From: Laetmonice hystrix
Taxonomy: Eukaryota
Reading direction: 5' to 3'
Assembly: GCA_965235115.1 (NCBI GenBank)
Contig: OZ249436.1
Coordinates: forward strand, 20,462,001 to 20,526,000
Length of the DNA: 64,000 nucleotides
The position numbers were made by a program, and so were the translations under genes. Numbering within the stretch: position 1 is the stretch's first letter; the number at the start of each line of letters is the position of its first letter. Below, piece after piece: positions 47,429-64,000 of the stretch. The notes beneath the pieces are model-generated. The model was not told the origin of the DNA and made no database searches. It saw only the letters and a program-made list of their open reading frames with translations.

Positions 47429-50400
47429 TTACCGTCCAATTAAGATGCAGTCATGCAAAAAGTAGAACAACCAACCTTTAGTCCTACCAGCAGATTCAAT
47501 GACTTGCATGAGACAGCGACCAAACTCCTCCAGTATCATCCGTTCCTGTACCATCTCCATCTGCCGCGTCCGTTCTGCCTCCTCAGCCTGAGCGATGAGG
47601 CAGGCACACGTAGCCTCTGCAACCTCCTTCGTTACGAACGTGTATGGAAACCTGGAATCAGTAAATTTTGTGTTCTTTGTCATATCAAGGCATATTAACA
47701 CATCACATGAAGAAAACTACCATATTTGTAACTGCACTAACTAATAAAAGTTGGTTTTTGTGGAATGTATTGTCGAAATAGTCTGACGTCTACCAACCTT
47801 TCACCCGTGACCGGTGCTGGAGGTCGCGATGGTAGATCCTGTATCTGGGACGACAACTTGGCCTTGGCAGAAGTTTGTTGCTGCACTCGTACCTCAGCCG
47901 CATCGGCCAGGTGCATCAATGTCTTCCGGTCAGGACTTTCCTCAAAATTCTTACAGCCAACACATTTACACGTGCTTGTACAGAGGATCTTGGCCTAGGA
48001 GAACAATGGACCAGATAATGTAAGTCACATTCTCTCTGTACCTTTATATCTGGTAACTACTATTTTTTTAATTCTAATTTAGCCTATTAGAAATGAAGTT
48101 TGGTGGAATACTGACAACACATAACCTTTACTACACTAGTAAAAAAAAAGGATAGAAGTCATGACAAAACATAACCTTGATAAAAGAAATAAAATAAAGA
48201 AATGAAATTGAGCCACTGAGCTCACCTCATAACATTCACAGTAATTCTTCAGACAGCCAGACCGTTTACAATTACATCCTTTGTTGTGACGTCGCTCTCC
48301 TCGACCTTTACCTGCACAACATCAAACACATTCAGCATTTCTAAGTTTACATGACGGAGAACTGCTCACAGATGATGGAAGGCAAGTATATATTCAACTT
48401 GACATACCACATTACGATCAATAGACATCTCTTTCCACTGAGTCTCCAATTTTGAAATACAATGGTTGCTTCTTAGGTGATACTTCTCATAATTTAGAAT
48501 TTGGTCTATTCACCATGGCTGGCTTACCTATCTTTGGATGGAAGGCCAGGGGGTTTCGATCGAGGCAGGCCTTGATGGCACGGGAACGCTCTTCTTCATG
48601 GTCAAGGTTGTTGGCACAGTTTGTACAGTTACAGTTGTGGCAGAACTCGCCATTGGCAAAACAGTCACAGTAAAGCTTGAGGCACTGGGACTTGGTACAG
48701 TTACATGGCTTACGTGGCCGCTGCCCTGAGGGTTCTTGTAGTACCGCCCTGAAATGTAAAAATACAAGGGCTTTCAAATTGTTTTTGAATAGGCAGGGAT
48801 TAGGCTAAAGTAGCAGGCACCATCACTGTTTTTGTCATCCTCAATATTTTTACTGCACCTGTTGAGTTACTATCTAGGGTTTATGCCATGTTGAAGACAT
48901 GACCTTGTAATTTTGGCATCATGAAAAAAACATGTAAAAAAACTTTTGTCAGCTGAGTTAAAGATGCTGACGCAGGTTGCCCTGTAGACGGGATCCCACC
49001 GGCTGCTGGCTTAATTTGAAAACCCTGCACACTCAGTCACAGCTGTTCTAATTAATAATTTGGGTGTTTTACTTGAAGGTTGATTGTAATGAAAGAGAAT
49101 CATACAAACTGACCCATTCATGTTTTGACGGGCTGAGGCCACCTCTGTAGTACTGCTGCTGGCAATAGGGACATAGCCTGAGTTGTCTTGTAGAGGAGCT
49201 GCTCCTTGGGGTTGACTTAACTGCTGACCAATCTACAAGTACCGTCCACATTGAATGAAGGTATGAATTTAAAGGAAAAACAACAAATTCTCTCTATACC
49301 AAGAGAAATATCCTAAGTTCAACACTATCTTGCCCTCTTGGCAATGATAATCACGGATATTCATAAAATATTTGTGATGGCTACCTTGCAGTTCAGCCAA
49401 TTAATTTTCCCATTACACTTCATCCAGTACTGAGTAGAATGTCTGTTTTCATGCCTTTTCTTCGATATCTTGCCCCACCAGAGATTAGATAATACACTCT
49501 ACTAGGACTTCAGACTACTCAAGTACTACAAATGGACATTTTCATATACTACTTACAGTTCCTACTTGTGTGACATACTGAGCCGGTACCAGGGCAAAGC
49601 TCTGAACTCCCTGAATGTTCTGTCCTCCAGAGATGATCGTTGTACCTGGTGGCAGTTGTGTGAGTGCTCCACCAGACCCTGCAGGTCGGATCTGGGTCAG
49701 AGTTTGCAAGGAGTTAGCAGAACTAGGTCGTAATGCAACTTGTCCCGTAGCTGGCAGCAATATTCGTTGTGATTGCTGTGATGTTTGTTGTAAAGTCTGC
49801 AGGGTTGGTCTGCCCACCATCTATAAAACATATCACATAACAATAAATATTTCACCATTATAAGGGGTGTTAATAATAGATAGTAAATTTTGTTGATCTT
49901 CTTTTCATGTTTACAGATTAGTCCTTTCAAAAATTGAAGTAAATAGTGACAATTCCCAAAGTCCCAAACAACTTTAACATCATGTATTCAAGTCACTGAC
50001 CTGCGTTGCAGAGTTTGATGGCATCGCTATTTTCATCTGTGTATTTGCCGTTGTCATGACTGGTTTAGCTTGTAGTGTCATCGGTGCTATACTGGCTGGC
50101 TTTGCTGTTGCTGGAACGATACAGAAATGTTAAAACTTATACCAAAAACCAACTGAAGATCCTATGTCAGGTTTCGAAACATGTTTTGCTGTCTTCATAT
50201 TGAGTAAAGATGTCTCAACTTAAGTTCTACCACACATAATAAATATTGGTATGGCATTATCACATTTTCAACTTTGGGTCCATATTATGTCCTCAAACTT
50301 GTGGTTTAAAAAATTGCCCTACAGTTCGACTGCTGTCTAGTAGGTTTTTTCAAATACAATTAATTCCCAAAAGGGTTAAAGTCCTTTGCTCTGTGAACCT

Positions 50401-53400
50401 CCAATGTTAAATCACTGACAGCTGAACGTATAAGGTCACTTACCTAGTGTGGTTTGTGATTGTGCTGCTGGGGTCGTGACCAACCTGACATATTGAAATT
50501 TGCTACCAGAAACGGACAGTGGTTGAACATTTGACAAAGGAATCCCCTGCATCTTAGGTCCCGTGTTCAACTGTTGGACCAATGCCATTTTGGAGCCCGA
50601 TTGATTCTGAAAAACAGTAGACAAGTACATGCCATATATTCTGTCTACTTTTGACTTGTGCAATATATTCAAATGTTTTTGTAAGAGAGTGAAGGCACTT
50701 TGCGACTGTTGATATGTTTCTCATCTCAAAGCCCCATCTATGGTGGGTACCCACCGTAATCTGGGTCAGGTCATGACCTAGGGTGAGATAAGGAGGAGGG
50801 AGGACCTAGTGGGCTTCGAGCCTCGACTCTGCACTAGATTTTGCACTACCATCACCCCCTTCAGCCGAGTGATTGACAGCTCACTCTAGAATTTCAAACC
50901 TAACTTATTTTACAAGTCGGACATATTCATCTAAAACACGTGTTTTGAGACATCTTAAAATTAAAGCAAGTTATTTATTACATTACTCATGTATTTATAT
51001 TGATAAATTTCATCTTTAGATTAGAAGATGGGACAAAGATATTAGCAATTACAACCGAGAGCTGTGTACAGCAGTGGGTGTGGGGTGTGAACATGTGCCC
51101 CCCGACCCCCTTTATACTGTGGCTGCCCCTTTAAACCAGACAAAATTCCAAGGTACTTACCCCTACAGTTTGGTGTTTAATTATCACCCTGGATGGGGAC
51201 ATTGTAATTGTTGTAGGCTTTGTTGCCGAGGAAGTCACTGTTGTTGTACCCGAAGTTGAATAAGACACTGTCTTTGCCACCATAGTTAACACCTGTCCTG
51301 TGGCAGATATTACCCGCTGAGGGGATTTTGTAGAAGTTGGGATCATAGTGATCTTAGTAGGAGTCTTTACTGGGGAAAGTGCTACCTTGTTTGCAGGGAT
51401 AAGTTTAGTTGGTGTGGCAGGGCTAGTTATATATTTAGTAGGGGAGACAATGCCACCTTGGCCTATTGTTATAGTTTTGGTTGGGGACATGAGTCCCTGG
51501 GCAGTGGAAATGGGTGTTAACCCTTGTGATCCCACCACCACTATTTGCCCACTATGATGACTTGAGCTGACTGGGATGGCCACCTGTTGGGTTTGATTAG
51601 TCGTAGGGTTCTTAGTTATGATCACTTTGGTGACCATTTGTCCTGAATTGGATGCGGCCGTACGCGGCCGTTTCACCTGTATGGTAGGCCCTTGTTGCAT
51701 GACTGACTCTTGCAGTGAGTGATCATTTTGCAACATGCTGAGCACGGTACCAGACTGGTTTGCTATCGCGGAGCCACTATCCAGTGTGCCCAGTAAGGAC
51801 GACGTGTCTCCAGTGGCCATGGTCAGCTGGGCGGGCTGTGTGCTAAGCTGGACAGTTGAGGTTGTCACGGCATCGCCATCTCCTGTGCTGTTCTGCAGAC
51901 GGTCCAACTCTGCCTGGATACTCTCGAGGGCAGCCAGATCTGACAACTGGCCTGTGAAGTCTGTACTCAGGTTGCCCCCCTCCAGGTTTGCCGGCTCAAC
52001 CGTTACTTTCCTCAACAGGCTCTGTCCGCTGGCAACTGGTGTTGGTTGTGATTCTGGACTGACAAGCTGATAGGAGATTATGGTGTCGACATCTCCACCA
52101 CCTGCAACCTGGGTCCCCGCCTTGGTGGCTGCAGCAAATAACAAAACTTTCAGAACACATGCACAGGTGGCTATCAATTTAATCGAGATCACTCAACTAG
52201 GTGGGAATTATGGGTCAATTTTATAAAGCCAAGCTGAACACAAGCTAAAAAAACCTTGGCAAAAACAGTGGTTAAGTAGATAGACCACATGCAGGTAGGC
52301 AGGGTAAAAATCCACAGGCACAGGTCATTCACACCAGTGTGTACACATGCTACAAGGACACCTTCAATTGCTAAGAGTTAAAGCATGCAGACAATATTGT
52401 GATGTTCTCATGAAATGAAAAAAAAAACATAACAGATTTTCTTTGAATCACACAAGCAAGACATTTAAGCACATTGGAATCACACTTAACTGGTGAAAAA
52501 AAGGTTTAGGCTGAATTCTGCATGGATCCTAGTTCTAGTTAACCCACCTGATTCAAGAGGAAATAAGGTCTGGGGACAGATGCAAGTTCTCTCAATGGTC
52601 AGGAAAGCAAAAGCTGGGCTGGAAGTTGAACACAACATATCACGTCACTCACACTTAGACACAAAAATTAAAAGCATTCTGACAAACCTTTCCTCAGATG
52701 TCATCATGCTGACACAAAATAATCACAGTAAAATCAAGCCGCAAAAAGATCTGACCAAAGGAAACCAGTGCAGCACATAAAGCAAGCAACAGATAAAATC
52801 TGACCTAGGTCATGAAACTGGATACGAGACCTACAGTTTCGGAGTCACTTTTCTGCCACAACATATAACATGTACTTTATCTTCTCAGCATTTAAAAAAA
52901 ACCATCATACTCATAGTGCATACCCAGTCTGTGAAATCCAACCTCGTCTGAATATATTCATACAACCACTTTAATTAAAAATAGATTTATAGATCTAGAT
53001 TCTGGTATACTAAGCTAGGAAAGGAGGTATAAATGTCAAATAAAATTAGTAGTATATTCTCATCTCCCCAACCCAGTCCAGGGTCTGCCAAATCACTGAG
53101 AAATGAGGTTGCCCATTGGGCAACCAGAAACTCAAATTGGTTGCCCCAACAACTAAACATGGTTGTCTGGGAACTGCAAATTATTTAAATAAAAAGAATA
53201 AAACAAAGTTTCAGTCCACTTGGAAGCAGTCACTCTACTTGGTGTGGCCACCATGATGGCGATAGTCTGGGTTTGATTTGAGCATATACCATTTGCAGTG
53301 TCAGGATCAAAAATCCTCCAACTTTGCTTTGGACCATCCACTGTTATTAGTCATACTACAGGGATGTGCCCAGAAAAAAATTGAGTGCTGGGCAGTAGTT

Positions 53401-55884
53401 TTGTGCTGGCACCGAAGCGCAAGGGTTTCAGTTGGTAAGAGGTGTGGGCGGGGACCGTTTAGTTAGCGCCTTGGTATATGATTGAACAAGAGACGGTATG
53501 AGAAGTTATGAGAAGTTAATATGTGTACACACACATTTATCAGATAATAGGCCCAATAAAAATTCCTGCTGGACAGCACTTGAACCTTTTTAGTTTAGTG
53601 CTGGGCGGATAAAAATGGTGCTGGGCGGGCCCGCCCAGCACTGCCCACCGTGGGCACATCCCTGATACATGTACTATAAAGACCTAAGTATAACTTTAGG
53701 CATTGTTGTAGTTGCCTGATGGGCAACTGCTCTTTTCAGACCAGTTACCCAGACTGATTTTTGAGTTGTCCCGGTCACTCGATTAGGTGGACTCTGCAGT
53801 CAGTTAAACCAGTGCTGCAAACAGACAGTCACCCACCCACCCCCACCCCCCAAGGCGACCAAGTCTTTGAGTGGGCAACAAAAACCTCTGTGAGACTCGC
53901 TCACTTTGGCAGCCAAGTATCCGGGCTGGGGCAGGCACAGGGTTAACACGTCAGGAGGTGCTGACCTACTTTCAAAGATGGGTTTTAGTTGGAAGAGGGA
54001 GAGGAGAAGGTTAAGAGGTCTATTACATTGAAAAGTAAAAATTTTGAAGTGGACCAATAAGGCCTGCTTTCCATGTACGCAGAATTTGGTGTGCAGAAAA
54101 TTCCACATACGATTCTGCCTGCTGAAATGCCTTTCCATGTGAGCGTTTTAACTTAAAACCTTTCTGTGTGCTGAGCCCATGGACTCATATGAAATCCCCC
54201 AAGAAATCCTCCTGATGTCACTTTGCCTTGCTGATCCATAATCGGCTTTTGGTTTTTTTTTTGTGAGCACCAAAAACATGCATGCAGAAACACTTACATG
54301 GAAAAGGTACAATACTAAGGATTGATATTTCGGTGTACTGATAGGCTGTGGAAACGCGAGCATTTCGGCATACATAGAAAGCAGGACTAAGTATCTGGTC
54401 TTACTGGGCCGTTCTGAACACCAAGTTGGTGGAACCTGTTTGCAGCACTGTTTTAAAACAGACCGTTAAGAATTTTGTTTTTCACGTAATGCTCTGATCC
54501 TCATTTTGGCTGAGCATGGGGTACTGTATTGTTTGTCTTGCATCTATCTAAATTACCATCCACATTTTGGGCTAGCTACAGAATAGAATTCTTCTCTGTG
54601 TTCTTGAAATGTTGATCAGTCCATATGCCTGGCTAGTACTTCCCGAAAGAATTGAAGTATATCTTCTCATAACACCTTGTCAAATCATAATAACTCCAGA
54701 TAATGTTGGTTCAGCAGCTGAGACATCTGGGAAGTTACAACATCTGACAACAAAATGGCCAAACTCACTGGTCACATTGTCAAATCATGAGATTTCTCAA
54801 ATCCCTTTATAGTAGATACTGTTATAATAATTTATCAATAGCTAAAGTAGCCTAAACTTGTGCGGAACAATAAATAAAGAATCACTGAACATGCTAAAAA
54901 CCACACATTCTGCATTACAAATAAACTCAGATTCAGAAAACACTGTCACTGGTGCTGACTGTACTCAACAACACTACAAGATCCAATATTAATTCTTTAC
55001 AATACAAACCTTCTTAGACTTAGAATACATTTGAACCCTCACATTCAATAGGCAGTGACTAGACTCTAACGTTAGATCTAAAACTTGGATTAGGCAATAC
55101 ACAATATTGTAGATAGCTGATATTATACAGCACAAGCATCTGCATAGATTCATAAAGTTTTGAATGCCTGAATAGGGTTTCTGTGTGGCTGTTAGTGTTA
55201 CAGTGGACACGTCAATATAATTTTAGAATCTAGGCCGAGATCTGCATGTCAAATGGTCATTGTCGACGTAGACGAGTTGCCGCCCACAACAAGGGCGAGA
55301 TGACACCTAAATGTCAACAATGGCAGCTTAGCACATAAGCAGTGGATACCTTTCGATATTTCCAAAACCGATCTTGTTGTTTCTATTTGTAACGCGAGAC
55401 GGCAATGCAATGGCTAAGACAACACGGCTAAACAAGCCAGGCCCAACTCGCTCTCCCTGCTTGCTTATTTTCATGCCATCTCAAATGACGCGCCATTATG
55501 CCCGGTCCAGAACAGGGAAATTCAAACTACAAAACATATGTGAAAATTTCCTTGGATTGCGGATCATATTCTTTACATGGACTAAAGATATGTATTTAAA
55601 CTATCAGGACAGGTAGGGTTGAGTTCACTTGGACCCTAAGATACATTTCGGGGTGTTTATTACGCCGCACTTCCCATGTAATAACACCCCAATTTTTGGC
55701 ACTTGGGCTGGTCGATCTGCTCCAGACCGAACCAAAACAAGGCCCATTACGACGCGATCCGTGGATAGAATTTCACTAAACTATGCAAACGAACACAAAA
55801 GAACCTATATATTATAACTAATTTGGTATTTTCGAAATCCGTGGAAGCAATAAAAATCCACTTACCAGTTTCTGTGGTCGGCAT
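47429..55884 (-). CDS. LIN54: Protein lin-54 homolog (MuvB/DREAM DNA-binding subunit, two CXC/CRC domains), ~780 aa
   Basis: Exons (minus): 55884-55866 (MPTTET, inferred from phase and GTAAGT donor), 52128-51161, 50606-50444, 50110-50001, 49820-49566, 49232-49114, 48748-48528, 48311-48226, 47994-47798, 47651-47476. The terminal exon is uncertain: read-through stop at 47429 or a short downstream exon. Motifs [62 protein letters not shown]. Confidence 0.9.
53079..53796. mobile_element. Nested MITEs in LIN54 intron 1
   Basis: Inner element 53359-53664 (CAGGGATGTGCCC...GGGCACATCCCTG) has a second copy at 62971-63219; outer element CAGGGTCTGCCAAATC...GATTAGGTGGACTCTG is flanked by CAGTC/CAGTC. 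Confidence 0.65.
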
Positions 55885-55894
55885 TCTGTATTTG

Positions 55895-55910
55895 TTCAAA
55901 ATCACGCGCC
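55895..55910 (-). promoter_or_regulatory. CDE/CHR-like element upstream of the LIN54 start
   Basis: Minus strand GGCGCG-TGAT-TTTGAA: CHR consensus TTTGAA 4 nt downstream of a GC-rich CDE/E2F-like core. Confidence 0.6.
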
Positions 55911-56384
55911 CACCATTACCATCCCATAATTTTGGAGGGCTCCGAGCGCTTCTCCGCGAAGCGAAAAAGTAGGTCATGACTATTTGGCGGTCGAACGTGA
56001 AAGGCTTACGGAACTGAAACAACTATTTTCCTGTAAAAAATACTTCTTGAGATCTAAGGGGATTAGATGGGTGTGGACACAGGGGGGTAATACCATTATT
56101 TTAAGCAAGCAGAAAATAACGGGTTAAACAAGAGACAAAAAGGAATGATGAATGGGGTAAAAGATTTAAAATCAAGGCTGATATAGGTAATGATAGTGAA
56201 AGGCCTTTCGATCTAAAATATGCTAGGCCTAGGCTAGATCTGGTGCAACGAGTGGGCATATTATTTCTCACTTGAACCAGTTTATGTTAACAAAATTTTG
56301 AGATTGATCAAAATTCAAGGTCTGTGTAATAACTCATTAATATCTTTTATAAAGAAACAATGATGAAAAAAATGCAATAATTGA

Positions 56385-56697
56385 GGGGTGGACCATTTGA
56401 TACGAAGGGGGGGGGGGGCTATGGTTTTTCTTCATGAGCAATTTTTTTTTACCCCCAGGCTGAAGCTATTTTTTCTCTGTCCATGACCATTACTCTTTTC
56501 CTATCCGCCCCCCATTACGACTAGATCTATATTATATACATTTTGTATTATTTTTACATATGGAAAAAGCTATTTTTTTTTTATATAGATCTACTTTGAT
56601 GAACAAACTATTTTTTTCCTGTGTTTGGTGAACAGATTTTTTTTCCAGAAAAAAAACCCATAATACCCCCCCCCCCCGGTATCCAATGGTCCGCCCC
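56385..56697. mobile_element. MITE (Harbinger-like), same family as 6143-6415
   Basis: GGGGTGGACCATTTGATAC ... GTATCCAATGGTCCGCCCC, TGA/TAA flanks. Confidence 0.75.
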
Positions 56698-57660
56698 TAA
56701 TAAATATTATGCCGATTTCAATAATGCTAACTGACTAATTAGCAGCATCGTACGATTTTGTTGTTGTTGTTTTTTTTTGGGGGGGGGGGGGCAAGAGGAT
56801 CATGTTTCCCGAAAAATCGACAACTGATTTTCTAGCATCATTAAACTCGGCAAAATTCACCCGATCTTTCCGCCAATAGGCCGGCCTACTCCCCGATGTT
56901 TTTTTTTTACGACGGATTGCCCAAAAAATTTCAATGGCCATTGGGTGGGGCATTATGTCCCCCCCCCCCTGATCCGGCCCCGCCTCCTACGGCTATGCCC
57001 TCCCCGCCCCCCCCCATTCCCACATTTTGGACGGTAGTAAAATATTAACCGGACTGAAAAATAATATTGAAAGTATTCATACTCATCATATAACATCATC
57101 TTTATACAGTCATTGTTATGTAATGGTGGGAGGGGCTGCAAAGAATCATATTTTAATGGTCATTCTACACTCTTTGGTACAACTACAAATTATCAAACAC
57201 AATAGCTGCAATCTTTAACTGCACTGACTATATTGCCAAAGCCAAGATTATATAAAACACAACAGAAGATACGAAAATGGTAAGGCTTAATTATAAATTT
57301 GTGATACAAAGCGAAGACGCGAATAAATCTATTTAATATTGTGCATACCACATTATCAAAGTTCCGAAGCCTGACATCCCATGGTAACCCAGCACACATG
57401 TTAATAAATGCAAGTCGTGGCACCTGGCGCCAACGTTTGGATTTCATTGGTCAATGCGATCGTGCCAAATTTGGTACATCTTTGAGAGTTTTAGACAGAA
57501 CTAAAATATGCGTTAAGTTTATCGATACTAGCAAATACTTTCCACGAAAATCGTTCAGAAATTGATGTACTATAACTTCGCGCTTCCCGTAGGAGGGAAT
57601 TACTTATAATATTTTGTTCGAATTTCCCGCCAATCAGAAGCAGACCTTCTCGACACAAAC

Positions 57661-63853
<6,193 letters not shown>

Positions 63854-64000
63854 ACTCCAAGTGGTTTATATTGGGCCTTTAAGATGGTCATATGAAAAAG
63901 TTGAGGAAAGTGAAAGAAAATAATTGGTCAACGCCAGGTGGCAGCACCTTCCAGTAAATTTTCAGTTGGGTTGACTCTCTGGATCTAAGGCAGGGAGAAA

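Overview
Intron-rich animal genomic DNA, probably a marine invertebrate such as a lophotrochozoan (inferred from repeat types and protein style, not established). Seven protein-coding genes were reconstructed by hand with phase-consistent splice sites: PBLD (-), an intronless ITIH-like VIT+vWA gene with a probable GPI tail (-), NUBP2 (+), an ABCA3-like transporter (+, 22 coding exons), a TST/MPST-family sulfurtransferase (+), LIN54 (-) and COPS4 (+). Non-coding DNA holds many MITEs (Kolobok-, Harbinger- and EnSpm-like, plus 5-bp-TSD families), a tRNA-derived SINE, minisatellites and microsatellites. The most notable observations are: (1) a 45-bp in-frame minisatellite built from an ABCA exon/intron junction, giving about 28 tandem splice donors, with a second donor-spanning repeat in COPS4; (2) an inverted near-perfect copy of a PBLD exon in an upstream intron; (3) a CDE/CHR element next to the LIN54 start, suggesting autoregulation; (4) a sulfurtransferase with a non-canonical CYNGHM active-site loop; (5) LIN54-COPS4 head-to-head microsynteny as in human; (6) clustered TAGGCCTA/TAGATCTA palindromes. 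I see no clear novel multi-gene system. Gene names come from recognised motifs, not database searches.
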